Made by a program: the position numbers and the translations under genes. Under the pieces are notes generated by a model, which ran no database searches, was not told where the DNA came from, and saw only the letters and a list, made by a program, of their open reading frames with translations. Shown here piece after piece: positions 22,025-35,124 of a DNA stretch of 64,000 nucleotides. Source of the stretch: an uncultured Planctomycetota bacterium (lineage in GTDB: Bacteria > Planctomycetota > Planctomycetia > Isosphaerales > Isosphaeraceae); contig CAWGMQ010000006.1 of NCBI GenBank assembly GCA_963823665.1, positions 1,536,001-1,600,000 of the forward strand. The letters run 5' to 3'. The stretch's first letter is position 1. Each line of letters begins with the position of its first letter.

Positions 22025-22830
22025 AGGAGTGACTCCAGAAACTCGCCGACGCTCTTGACGGGGTCGACCGGGTCCAATTCCAAAATGGAAACATCCCAGC
22101 GCGCCAGGAGCAGCCGCTGAATCTCACCGGTGCCGAAGGTTGTCAGGTAGGCACTCGGATAACGCTTCCCGTCGCGCCGTAACTGGAGCCTCAGTTTGTG
22201 CAATTTGTATAGCATATACCTTATGTTGATATCGCTCAAACTATAGCCGATGAAGAGAAGCGTCTTGCCGAGGATGTCGGCCCGCAGCTTGATGTCGATC
22301 GCGGATTCGAACTCGAGACGCTCGAAGAAACTCGATTCGGTGAGCACGAGGGTTGCATCGTCATCGAAGCTGCCGTGGAACTTCACCACGTGGGTTGCGT
22401 CGGGAGCCGACGCGGCGATGTCGTCGATGTTGGCGATCGTATGGCACCCGACGCCTTTCAGCTCGAATGCTCTCTCGATGATACGATCATAATTCGTTGT
22501 GTAGATGAGAGGCAATCCCATTTCAACCAGCGCGCCGTGCGCTCGAGATTTCTCGATCAGCTCGTTCGCCGGGTTGAACCGTCGGTCGAGCTCGCTGCGC
22601 AGCGGGCCGATTCCGCCCTTCTTGGCTACGTAATACTCGGCGAGCTGGCGCTCGTCGCCGTTCAGTTTGAAGACCTCAGGGTCATACCCGAGTTGATTGG
22701 CGATGATGCCGATCAGACTGGACCACGACGGCAGGCCCAGCGGCATCGACAGACCCGCGCCGATGAAGGGAATGAGTCGACGCTCTTCTCGAAGTCTGCG
22801 AAGCGTTTCTGACTCATCACCGAGTGACAC
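22021..22830 (-). CDS. Stand-alone SIR2-like (SIR2_2) NADase-type protein (KomC-like)
   Basis: PFIGAGLS..GLPSW, IYTTNYD, VKFHGS, LLFIGYSLSDINI. Confidence 0.9.
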   Translation of the reverse strand: MSLGDESETLRRLREERRLIPFIGAGLSMPLGLPSWSSLIGIIANQLGYDPEVFKLNGDERQLAEYYVAKKGGIGPLRSELDRRFNPANELIEKSRAHGALVEMGLPLIYTTNYDRIIERAFELKGVGCHTIANIDDIAASAPDATHVVKFHGSFDDDATLVLTESSFFERLEFESAIDIKLRADILGKTLLFIGYSLSDINIRYMLYKLHKLRLQLRRDGKRYPSAYLTTFGTGEIQRLLLARWDVSILELDPVDPVKSVGEFLESLL

Positions 22831-23245
22831 TGCACGGTTTCCGCTGGAGGTAAAAACACAATTGCCCGTGTCGCCTCTCGCGAAGCGAGAGATGGCACGG
22901 GCAAAATCACGCCTCCGCCGGAATGCCGTTGAAGTGCTTTTGAGAACCCGCAGTTCAAGTGGGGAGTTGAGGGATGCTAAGAACGAAGTTCCTGGATGCC
23001 GCTCGAGGTCCCCGTCGGGTTAAATGTTGGTTCGCCAAAAGGACCACTTCTTATCGAACATGGCAGAGGCAGTGCCTGGTTAAACCAGACGGTGCTAATC
23101 TAACCGCAGCGCACGCGGTTGGCAATATGCCACCCGAAACGGTGCCAAAAATCACCGGAGCAGGCGCTGCATTGCGCACGATCGCAGAGCAGGAGGTTGG
23201 TCCTCCCGGGAGATTGCGAGAATACACCGCCGCCGGAGCTGCGCT

Positions 23246-24002
23246 TCACTCTGTGACATCACCGCGGAGCCGGCGGATCTGATCACGCAGCCGAGCGGCT
23301 TCTTCGTAGTCTTCGCGAACGACAGAGAGCTCGAGCTGCTGTTCCAGGCGTTCCAGCGGCTCCATCGGGCGTTCGCGCTTCACTTCGCGGCGCCAGTTGA
23401 TGAGCGACTTGAGCTCCGGCACATTCCTGCTCGCGATCCTCTTGCTTGTATTCGCGGAGAAACTTGCGAATCGCCTTGATGCCTGCGTCGATCAGCGCCA
23501 GCGCGGTCGGGTGATCGCTTTCCTTGAGTGCGATCGACGCTTTCGCCCGCGTGTACATCATCTGAACATAGGGGCGATACCTGTCAAATTCGATCTTGTC
23601 ACGCTGTCGCGCGGCGTACCGGCCCACAAACGCGAAGAGCCGGAGGTTGCGTAGCGTGTCGAGAGCCACGATTTCATATCGCTCAAGATGGAACGCGGAA
23701 AGATAGCGATGATAATACTGCAATCCCTCACGCATGAGCTGCGAGCAAACTTCGGGGCCGAGGGAGAAGGCGGAGCCGCGTTCGGCGGCTTCCTGGGCTT
23801 TGGCCTCATAAAAGTCGAGGAGCGATTCGTGTCCTTCGGGGCGTTCGCCGTCGGGGCGGCCGGTCGTCTCGAGCTGGATCAGGCCCAGGTCGATGCGCAT
23901 CTGGATTTTCTCGCGGCCGTCTTCTCCGGTGATGAAGCGGACCTGGAGCTGGTCCGGCTCGAACTCCCAGCCGTCGAGTAGGTGTTGTATGTCCTGGCTC
24001 AA
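23246..24002 (-). CDS. UvrB/UvrC (UVR) motif-containing protein (frameshift near 23420)
   Basis: QMRIDLGLIQLETTGRPDG N-terminus; the alternative frame ends LEQQLELSVVREDYEEAARLRDQI. Confidence 0.75.
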
Positions 24003-24181
24003 GCGAACGATCTCCCCTGGGGCTCACCGCGAGCTGATGAAGAGCTGCGCGGCGCGGGCCGTGAGCGAGTAGTCCCTTAACTATTGTATGCACCGGAGAG
24101 CGTGCTGCGCGGCCCGAAAAGAAAATTCCGAGCACGGGTGTGCTCGGAAGAAGGGCTTCGTCCTGGAATGAGAGCGGGAGC

Positions 24182-25282
24182 CTAGATGTCGTTATTGTCG
24201 TGGATCATCGGCTCGAGCTCTTTGGTGTTGCGTTCGACCGCGAGCACGATTGTGCGTTCTTCGCCACCGTCGGCGCTGGCCGCGACCGCGGGGATGATCT
24301 GGCGCGAGTCGGGCAGGCTGAATCGCACCGTGAACGACCCGTCGCTGCGCAGGTTGACGGGCTCTCCCTGCAGGGTGACGTGGGCGCCGGGCTCGGTAAT
24401 TCCGTACACGATCAACTCGGCGTCGATCTGGAAATGGAAGGCCCGCCCCAGCGGGACCAGCGGGGTCGTTGCCAGGTTCTGCAGGGATGCGCTGGCCATG
24501 GGGCGGCGCAGCCGCTCCTCGAACAGATCGCGCAGATCGATCGGCGAGAGGGGCTGGTGGGAGCCGTTGCCGTTTGGGCTCGGGTTATGAATCCGCTCGA
24601 ATTGTTTCTGCACGTTGCTCCAGTTTTCATCGAGCGCGTCGGTGACTCCGGCCCGGGGCGTGGTGACGACGTTGGACCGCGCCAGCACGTAGAATTTGCC
24701 GCGCCGGGAGACGTATCCGACGTCGACTCGATACGACCGAGGGGGCTCGAGCACGTCGATATACCAGTTGTTGACGCCACCGTGGATCGGGATGTCGCGG
24801 ACGTGGCGCTCGGCCGAGGAGGTAGTGTCTTCGCTGGAGACGTCCATCACTCGGAGGATCGGCCGGGCTTCGTGCCAGTCTTGCCCCAGGGCGGCCCGTG
24901 CGCGAGAGAGGGTCGTCCGGCTCAGCTCCCAGTAGGCGTGCAGCCAGTAGGAATCGCGGGTCAAGACGATGATCCGGTCCTTCTGGCATGCGTGATCGAG
25001 CGTATGGTCCGCCGGCGCCGCGGCCAGGTGGTTCGCCGTGCCGTTGGAGCCGCGCCGCATTGGCGGGGCCGGCACACTTCCGGGTTTCTTTCGCCGCGCG
25101 GCGCTCACGGCCGCAGGCCGAGCCTTTTTCTTTTTCGGACTCTTGGCAGGTGCCGGGCGCGAGCCGGAAAGTGCCCGGATCAGTTGGTCCTTCCTCATCG
25201 CGTGCCAGCCCGCTATGCCCTTGTCTCGCGCCAATTGGGCCAACCGCCTTTTATTGCATTCTTTGAGTGCCTCAACAGTCAT
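24182..25282 (-). CDS. DUF4912 domain protein with Rho-N-like N-terminus
   Basis: LAQLARDKGIAGWHAMRKDQLI; RDSYWLHAYWE; NNWYI; IDAELIVYG.TEP. Confidence 0.8.
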   Translation of the reverse strand: MTVEALKECNKRRLAQLARDKGIAGWHAMRKDQLIRALSGSRPAPAKSPKKKKARPAAVSAARRKKPGSVPAPPMRRGSNGTANHLAAAPADHTLDHACQKDRIIVLTRDSYWLHAYWELSRTTLSRARAALGQDWHEARPILRVMDVSSEDTTSSAERHVRDIPIHGGVNNWYIDVLEPPRSYRVDVGYVSRRGKFYVLARSNVVTTPRAGVTDALDENWSNVQKQFERIHNPSPNGNGSHQPLSPIDLRDLFEERLRRPMASASLQNLATTPLVPLGRAFHFQIDAELIVYGITEPGAHVTLQGEPVNLRSDGSFTVRFSLPDSRQIIPAVAASADGGEERTIVLAVERNTKELEPMIHDNNDI

Positions 25283-25810
25283 ACGGTGCCACTCCGACAC
25301 CCCCCGCTTTGCCCGAAGCGGCCACTACGAGGGATGAATGTGATTGAATGAGACATTCATCCGTGAGTGGACCGATCCGGAAGGCTCCCTGCTTCCCGGA
25401 CGTCAGCTATTCAGGAAGGGCGTGCCGGCCAGGACTGTGCCCCCGATGTGCGCATCAAAAAAGCGGCTATCGGGCCGGAAACTCCGGTCGTGATACCGCT
25501 TGCATCGCTCACGCTGGTGGCACTCTGCGCAACACTATCGCCATGACGGATCCCCGCGGTGAGCAATGTCGGTTGAGTCGAAGAGCGGCGGTCGGGGGAT
25601 TTAGCACTCGCTTCCAATCGCTGGTTATCAGATACCATATCGAGGCAAGGTCTGTCAATCGCCTATTTTCCCAGTTCGACGTTCAAATACGCACGTTTGC
25701 GGCATCGGTCGTTACAACCTCCCCGACCGGCTTCACAATCGCCAATCTCCGTTCAGTTTCGGACCTCGGAGTGACTTTGTGAAAAATTTCTCGAATTGGG
25801 GTCTGGCTTG

Positions 25811-25839
25811 TTGACATGGCGAGTTGTGCTCAGTATAAC
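25811..25839 (+). promoter_or_regulatory. Sigma70-type promoter of the atp operon
   Basis: TTGACA (25811-25816), 17-bp spacer, TATAAC (25834-25839), upstream of the first atp gene. Confidence 0.75.
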
Positions 25840-25982
25840 TGAACGCAGTTTGACCTCCCTCTACGTTCGGAGTTTTCCGGCTGTGCGAGGCTTTCCGGGC
25901 TGTTGCGGTCGGCCTGCCCCGTGGGCCGGAGTGACTCTGGCTCGGATCGCGGGTGCCGGCTCCGGGGAAGTGGGAGTCGCAG

Positions 25983-26312
25983 GTGGCCAAGCAGCCTGAG
26001 CAGCGATCGGCGCTTGCGGTCGGCATCGAGTGGTCCTCCAGGGTCACGACCGTGGCGCTGGGGTTCTCTGTACCGCCGGTGATTGGCTTTATCGTGGATC
26101 GATGGCTGGGCTGGGCACCTGTCGGAACTTTGGTCGGAATCGTGGTGGGCTTTGTGTCGGGTCTGCTCCAAACCGTCCGGCTCGCGAGCGGGCTGCCTGG
26201 AGTGAAGTCTCGGGGGACAGGCGGCTCTGGCGGGGCCGCGGATAGGACGAGGTCCGGCGGCCTGGAGATCCCGGATCGCCGGTCGCAGCCTCCCGGCCAG
26301 GATTCGGCCTAG
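25983..26312 (+). CDS. AtpZ/AtpI family protein
   Basis: Two TM segments with G..VDRWLG..P..TLVG; first gene of the atp operon. Confidence 0.75.
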   Translation: MAKQPEQRSALAVGIEWSSRVTTVALGFSVPPVIGFIVDRWLGWAPVGTLVGIVVGFVSGLLQTVRLASGLPGVKSRGTGGSGGAADRTRSGGLEIPDRRSQPPGQDSA

Positions 26313-26381
26313 TTCGTTTTATCGCTTGCTCAAAGCTTGTTTCGGCAACGTCGCGTTACACCCAAGAATGATCAGGGCTTC

Positions 26382-27206
26382 ATGGCCGAGCATTCAGCAA
26401 ATCCACTGGATCACGTCGTAGACCACGCTAGCATCGAGCTGCCGTGGTTCAGCGGGCCGCATTACGAGTTGAAGCTCGATATCCCGCCGTTGGGCGGGCT
26501 CCAGATCACGCGCTTCATGATCATGGAGTTGATCGCCGCCGTGCTGATGATCGTGATTCTGATCCCGGTCGTCCGGCACATCTCGCGGAACCACGTCAGC
26601 CGCGGCTGGTTCGCGAATATGTTCGAGGCGGTGCTTCTGTTCATTCGTGACCAGGTTGCGCGGCCGGCGATCGGCGGACACGGAGCCGACCGGTTCTTGC
26701 CCTATCTGTGGACTGTGTTCTTCTTCATCCTGTTCAACAACCTCCTCGGCATGTTTCCGGGGGGCGCGTCCGCGACGGGCAACATCAATGTGACGTTCAT
26801 CCTGGCGATCATGACGCTCGTCGTGGTTGTGGGTGCGGGCATGCGGGAGTCGGGCGTCACCGGGTTCTGGCTGGCGCTGGTGCCTCAACTCGATGTTCCC
26901 AAGATCCTCAAGCCGCCGCTCTGGGTTCTGATGTTTTTCATCGAGGTCGTCGGGCTCTTGATCCGCCATGTCGTCCTGGCCGTGCGTTTGTTCGCCAACA
27001 TGTTTGCCGGCCACGTGGTTCTTTCGGTCATTCTTGGCTTCACCCTCATGGCCTGGCCGTCGATCGCATTTTACCTGGTGATGCCTGTCAGCGTCGGCGG
27101 AGCGCTCTGTCTGAGCCTCCTTGAGCTGTTTGTCGCTTTCTTGCAAGCGTACGTCTTCACGTTTCTGTCGGCACTGTTCATCGGGTCGGCTGTTCACCCC
27201 CACTGA
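26382..27206 (+). CDS. atpB: F0 ATP synthase subunit a
   Basis: LAVRLFANMFAGH, ELFVAFLQAYVFTFL. Confidence 0.96.
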   Translation: MAEHSANPLDHVVDHASIELPWFSGPHYELKLDIPPLGGLQITRFMIMELIAAVLMIVILIPVVRHISRNHVSRGWFANMFEAVLLFIRDQVARPAIGGHGADRFLPYLWTVFFFILFNNLLGMFPGGASATGNINVTFILAIMTLVVVVGAGMRESGVTGFWLALVPQLDVPKILKPPLWVLMFFIEVVGLLIRHVVLAVRLFANMFAGHVVLSVILGFTLMAWPSIAFYLVMPVSVGGALCLSLLELFVAFLQAYVFTFLSALFIGSAVHPH

Positions 27207-27226
27207 CGTTAGGAGTTGAGATTCAG

Positions 27227-27547
27227 ATGAAGATGAAGTTGATCAAGTCAATGATCCTGGCCGGTTCCTTCCTCCTCGTGGCGCACAGCACGGCGTATGC
27301 CCAGACCGGAGCGAAGCCGGCTGCCAATCCATTTTCGGACCTGAAGGCCATTGGCGCCGGTCTGGTGACGCTTGGTGCGGCGCTGGGAATCGGCATGCTG
27401 GCCAAGGGCGCGTTCGAGAGTATGGCACGGCAACCCGAGATCGAGGCCAACATCCGGACGGCAATGATCATCGCCGCCGCCTTGATCGAAGGCTTCACCT
27501 TTTTCGCGCTCGCAATCATCATCCTTCAGGTTATCCAGGGGCAGTGA
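27227..27547 (+). CDS. atpE: F0 ATP synthase subunit c
   Basis: GAGL..LGAALGIG, ARQPE, AALIEG. Confidence 0.96.
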   Translation: MKMKLIKSMILAGSFLLVAHSTAYAQTGAKPAANPFSDLKAIGAGLVTLGAALGIGMLAKGAFESMARQPEIEANIRTAMIIAAALIEGFTFFALAIIILQVIQGQ

Positions 27548-27726
27548 CCGCGAACTCGCCGGAAGCGTGTTGCCCTCTGTCCCGACGAGACGAACACGGG
27601 TCCGAGCCGAGCGGCTCGCCCCCGTTCGTGGTGGAGGCGGCCGGCACGTTCGTCTCCTGACGCCTCTCATGACCCGGCACCGTATTCTGCCCAATCGATC
27701 CTGAAGCTTTCACTGAGTTACGACCC

Positions 27727-28440
27727 ATGCTTCGTTCATCACACGCGAGATTCGTCGTCGCGCTTCTTGGTGCTCTCGCCCTGGCGCTTGCCGGGAGTTC
27801 TGAGCTTCGCGCGCAGGACCATTCTCCCAAGGCGGCCGATCCTCACGCCAAGCTCGCCGAGGCGACTCCTGGCCACGCCTCGGGTGGTCCGGCTGCTGCC
27901 CCGCATGGCGACGAGGCCCCTAATCCCATGAAGGCGGAGCCGACCCTGGCGGTCTGGACCCTGGTGCTCTTCGTGATCTTGCTGGGCGTTCTGACCAAGG
28001 TTGCCTGGAAGCCCTTGATGCACGCGCTGCACGAGCGGGAGAAGCATCTCGAGCACGTGCTTCATGAAACCGAGCGTGCCCGCAACGAGAGCGAGATGCT
28101 CCTCTCCGAGCACCGCAAGCAGATGGCCCGTGCCGCCGACGAGGTGCGCAGCCTGCTCGACCAGGCGCGGCAGGACGGGCAGAAGACAGCCGAGCAAATC
28201 GTCAAGGCGGCCCAGACCGAGGCCGAGGGAGCCAAGCAGCGGGCCACCCGCGACATCGGTGCGGCCAAGGATCAGGCCCTGGCGGAGATCTGGGAGAAAA
28301 CCGCCGATATGGCCGTCTCGGTCGCCGGCCGGGTGCTCTCCAAGGAACTGACCCAGGATGATCATCGCAGGCTGATTGCGGCCGCGGTGAACGAGCTGCC
28401 CGCGGCACCCGGTGCCAACGGGCACGGAGGAAAAGGCTGA
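27727..28440 (+). CDS. atpF: F0 ATP synthase subunit b
   Basis: WTLVLFVILL...AWKPL..L.ERE followed by coiled coil. Confidence 0.93.
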   Translation: MLRSSHARFVVALLGALALALAGSSELRAQDHSPKAADPHAKLAEATPGHASGGPAAAPHGDEAPNPMKAEPTLAVWTLVLFVILLGVLTKVAWKPLMHALHEREKHLEHVLHETERARNESEMLLSEHRKQMARAADEVRSLLDQARQDGQKTAEQIVKAAQTEAEGAKQRATRDIGAAKDQALAEIWEKTADMAVSVAGRVLSKELTQDDHRRLIAAAVNELPAAPGANGHGGKG

Positions 28441-29034
28441 TGGCTGGTGCGAAAGGGGCCGAGGTGCACGAAGCTCCTGCCGAAAGCGGCGATTCGGCCG
28501 AGGTCGCGCACCGCTATGCCGAAGCACTGATCCACGCGGCCGAGGCCGAGGGAGCCGTTGACGAGGTTCTCGACGAGCTGGCGCAGCTCGAGGGCGACGT
28601 TTTGAAGCCCAACCCAAGGTTTGCCCAGGTGCTGGCGTCGCCAAGGGTTTCCACGGCCGAAAAGGACCGCATCATCGTCGATTTGCTCGAGGGCCGCGCC
28701 TCGAGCTTGCTCGTGCGGTTTCTGCGGGTGCTAAATCGCCATGAGCGGCTGGGATACCTGTCGGCCGTGGCGCGGACGGCGCGTGCCATCTGGGACAAGC
28801 GACACGCCCGGATACCGGTGCAGGTTCGCTCGGCGGTTCCGCTTGATGAAGGCCAGATGCAGAGCCTTCGTGCGGGGCTATCTCGCATGACCGGGGCGAC
28901 GCCGATCCTGGACGTTTCCATCGACCCGACTTTGCTCGCCGGCCTGGTGGTCCAGGTGGGTGACATCCGTTATGACGCGTCGGCCAAAAGCCGGCTCGCA
29001 CAGCTTCGCCAACGACTGATCGAAGGAAAGACGC

Positions 29035-30704
<1,670 letters not shown>

Positions 30705-30738
30705 AGCGTGACTGCGAATAGCGGTCGTGTGGGGAAGG

Positions 30739-30849
30739 GCCCTCACCCCGGCCCTCTCCCACAGGGAGAGGGAGCGAAAAGTTGAATTCGCAGACACGCT
30801 CTGAGCCGGAAAGGTTCCGGGGTTGCTGTAGGGTGGGTGAAACCCACCG
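30739..30849. repeat. Two REP-like hairpins between atpA and atpG
   Basis: CCCTCACCCCGGCCCTCTCCCACAGGGAGAGGG and GTAGGGTGGGTGAAACCCACC. Confidence 0.6.
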
Positions 30850-30887
30850 TTTCGTATCGAGTTCGAGTCTAATCAGAGTCTGCTTCG

Positions 30888-31814
30888 ATGGCCAAAGCCC
30901 GAGCAATTATCAAACGCCGCAAGGCGGTTGACAACATCCGGAAGATCACCCGGACGATGGAGCTGATCGCGACCAATCGGTTCCGCAAGGCGCTCAACCG
31001 CGCCACGGAGGCCGAGGCGTTCACGCGGAAGATCGCCGAGCTGGTTGCGGACCTGGGCCAGACGAGCCAGGAAGCCCGGCACCCGCTCCTCGAGAAGCAC
31101 GACCCGGTCAAGAAGTCCGTTCTGCTGGTGCTGACGAGCAATCGAGGCCTGGCGGGTGGCTACAACGGCAACGTGCTGCGAGTTGCGCTGGCTCGATACC
31201 AGGACAATCAAACGGAAGGAATCGACACTTCGATCGAGGTCGCAGGCAAGCGAGGCATCGGCTATTTCCGGTTCCGGAAGCTGACGCCTGACGCGACCTA
31301 CACCCAGTTCGAGGACAAGCCGCAGTTTTCCGAGGTCGAGGTCCTGGCCGACAAGTTCATCAAGCTTTACGTGCAGGGATCGATCGACCGTCTTGACGTG
31401 GCGTTCACGCAGTTCGTCTCGGCTTCGCGCCAGACCGCGACGGTGCAGACGCTGCTGCCGATTTCGACGGCTGACCTTGGTCAGGCGGGCCCGTCCGTAC
31501 GGCAGGCTGGTGCGGCTGCCAAAACAGCAGAGCCGGCGGGGAGAGCGGCCGGGCCGGTTTCGTACGAGTTTCTACCGGACGCCAAGAGCATCCTCGAGGA
31601 GATCGTGCCCGTTTCGTTCAAGGTGAGGCTGTTCAAGTGCTTTCTGGACGCCGCGGTCAGTGAGCAGATCGCGCGCATGGTGGCGATGGGAGGGGCGACC
31701 AAGAACGCGGACGACCTCGTGAAGGCACTGAGCCGCCAGTACAATCGAGCCAGGCAGATGCAGATTACCCGCGATCTGGCCGACATCGTCGGCGGTGCGG
31801 CGGCACTCAAATAA
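30888..31814 (+). CDS. atpG: F1 ATP synthase subunit gamma
   Basis: KITRTMELIA, SNRGLAGGYN, SEQIARMVAM..ATKNA, YNRARQ..IT. Confidence 0.97.
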   Translation: MAKARAIIKRRKAVDNIRKITRTMELIATNRFRKALNRATEAEAFTRKIAELVADLGQTSQEARHPLLEKHDPVKKSVLLVLTSNRGLAGGYNGNVLRVALARYQDNQTEGIDTSIEVAGKRGIGYFRFRKLTPDATYTQFEDKPQFSEVEVLADKFIKLYVQGSIDRLDVAFTQFVSASRQTATVQTLLPISTADLGQAGPSVRQAGAAAKTAEPAGRAAGPVSYEFLPDAKSILEEIVPVSFKVRLFKCFLDAAVSEQIARMVAMGGATKNADDLVKALSRQYNRARQMQITRDLADIVGGAAALK

Positions 31815-31864
31815 TATTCACCCAGCGTGTTTTCCACCTGGAACCGAACGCTCAACATTAATAA

Positions 31865-33322
<1,458 letters not shown>

Positions 33323-33329
33323 GAAAGCG

Positions 33330-33794
33330 GTGGTTGCGATGGCGGCGGAAGCGGATGCAGTGGGTGAAGAGAAGCGGTCCTTGCACAAAGGCGGGAAGAA
33401 GCTCCAGTGCGTGGTGGTGACGCCTGAGAAAACGTTGTTCGACGAGTGGGTTGACTTCGTCGCTCTGCCGCTTTTCGACGGCGAGCTGGGCGTCATGCCG
33501 GGCCGGGCTCCGCTGATCGGGCGGCTGGGTTTCGGCGAGCTGAGAACGAAGGTGGCCTCGGAAACGCACTGCTACTTCGTCGACGGCGGCTTCGCACAGG
33601 TGCGCAACAATGTCGTCACGGTGTTGACCCAGCGTGCCATCCCCGCTGCGCAGCTTGACGCAACGGCGGCCGCGCGCGATCTTGAAGTCATCGGGCAGCA
33701 GTCGGCCGTCACGGACGCCGAATACAGCGAGCACGTGAAAGCCGTTTCACGCGTCCGCGGGATGATTCGGGTGGCCGAGCACAAGGCGAAGTGA
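33330..33794 (+). CDS. atpC: F1 ATP synthase subunit epsilon
   Basis: VVTPE, GELGVMPGRAPL, GGFAQV. Confidence 0.92.
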   Translation: MVAMAAEADAVGEEKRSLHKGGKKLQCVVVTPEKTLFDEWVDFVALPLFDGELGVMPGRAPLIGRLGFGELRTKVASETHCYFVDGGFAQVRNNVVTVLTQRAIPAAQLDATAAARDLEVIGQQSAVTDAEYSEHVKAVSRVRGMIRVAEHKAK

Positions 33795-33881
33795 AGTGCG
33801 TCTCTCCGCCAGATGCCTTTCGCCCGCCGCGGAGGCACGATCAAGCTGCAAGAGGCTTGGTCGCCGTCTATCGATTGGTAT

Positions 33882-34139
33882 TCACGTCGGCCCGTTATCG
33901 CGGCGAGGGACGGCTTCGATCGATTCGATGCGTACGATGTGCAGAAGGTCGACGGTCACGGAACGCTCGAACAGCCGGTCGGGATCGTCGGGTGCGGCGA
34001 TTCCGATGAGTGCCGATCGACGGCCGGCCATGCACAACTCTGGGTGTCGAATCTCGTAGGTGCTGCCTTCGGTGAGGGTCATCCGAAAAGGCACGAAGGG
34101 CCGGCGGCGCAGAGCGGAGGCAAGTTCTTCCGGAGCCAA
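33882..34139 (-). CDS. Small conserved planctomycete hypothetical protein
   Basis: RRRPFVPFRM.L.EG.TYEIRHPE pattern; GGAGAG before a TTG start. Confidence 0.65.
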   Translation of the reverse strand: MAPEELASALRRRPFVPFRMTLTEGSTYEIRHPELCMAGRRSALIGIAAPDDPDRLFERSVTVDLLHIVRIESIEAVPRRDNGPT

Positions 34140-34362
34140 CGGAGTGCTCTCCAAAGGAATTTGATGCGAGTGTGGTCGCGAGACGACTTCCAGCGATTCA
34201 GCCAATGAAGTCTTTCTCCCTCGCATCTCGCTCCACCACAAGATTATAGTGAGAAACTCCCGGCACGACGAGGAGCAGAAGGCGGTGGGCATGCAGGTGT
34301 GACCCTGCGTGCGATCGTCGAGCAGGAGAAACGGTTCCTGACACCTTTATCGTTGGGCCTTT

Positions 34363-35124
34363 ATGAAAAGGAAAGACGTCCACCGATGGTTCAGGCCGGT
34401 GCGCGCGCCGATGTCGTTCGCGTCGTACACGCGGCTGCCGCGGCATCCGGCGTACAAATTCGAATACTGGGATGGCCAACTGCGGATCACGCCGCGGTGG
34501 AACAGCCATGCGATGTTCCTGCGGCTCTCGTCTCCGGAGGAGGCCGTGTTTCCTGAGCTGGAATACGCTTCCATCCGGCCGCTAGAGAGCAGCGACTGGG
34601 ATGTGTTGCCGGAGGTGCTGGCGTTTGCATTCGCGAATGTGCCGCCGCTGAGTGTGCTCAGCGGCCGACGGCGGGTGTGGGCCTCGCGCGACTGGCTATG
34701 GTCGACGCGAGACGGCGCCGAGGGCCGGCTCGTTGAGCCGGCGTGTGTCGTGGCTGTCGACCGCAAAGACAGCACGCGGGTGCTCGGTGCGCTCATCGTG
34801 ACGGTGATGGCTGGGTTTACTCGCTCGTGGTACGTGCGGCGGCGGCTTGCGGTGCCCCCGCCTGCGCCGGATCTGGCCGAGGGCGGGGAACAACCGCAGA
34901 TCAGTTGGGTGTTCGTCCATCCGGCGGACTCCGGCCAGGGAGCCGGAAGGGCGCTTCTGGCGACGGCCGCGAGATCGCTCTGGATCTCGGGCTACCGCGA
35001 GCTGGCGTCGGCGACCGACTGCGGCAACGTCACGAGCATGGCATGGCACTGGCGCAATGGGTTCGTTCTGTTGCCGCATCGATCCGATGTGAGCGTCTCG
35101 GACTCACTTCGCCGCGGGGAGTAA
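34363..35124 (+). CDS. GNAT-family N-acetyltransferase
   Basis: VFVHP..SGQGAGRALL acetyl-CoA motif; N..SMAWHWRNGF. Confidence 0.75.
   Translation: MKRKDVHRWFRPVRAPMSFASYTRLPRHPAYKFEYWDGQLRITPRWNSHAMFLRLSSPEEAVFPELEYASIRPLESSDWDVLPEVLAFAFANVPPLSVLSGRRRVWASRDWLWSTRDGAEGRLVEPACVVAVDRKDSTRVLGALIVTVMAGFTRSWYVRRRLAVPPPAPDLAEGGEQPQISWVFVHPADSGQGAGRALLATAARSLWISGYRELASATDCGNVTSMAWHWRNGFVLLPHRSDVSVSDSLRRGE

Noticed and set aside
22831..23245. Hidden KomA-like deaminase upstream of SIR2
   Set aside because: The region is too short, and I found no deaminase metal-binding motif in the ORFs listed there.
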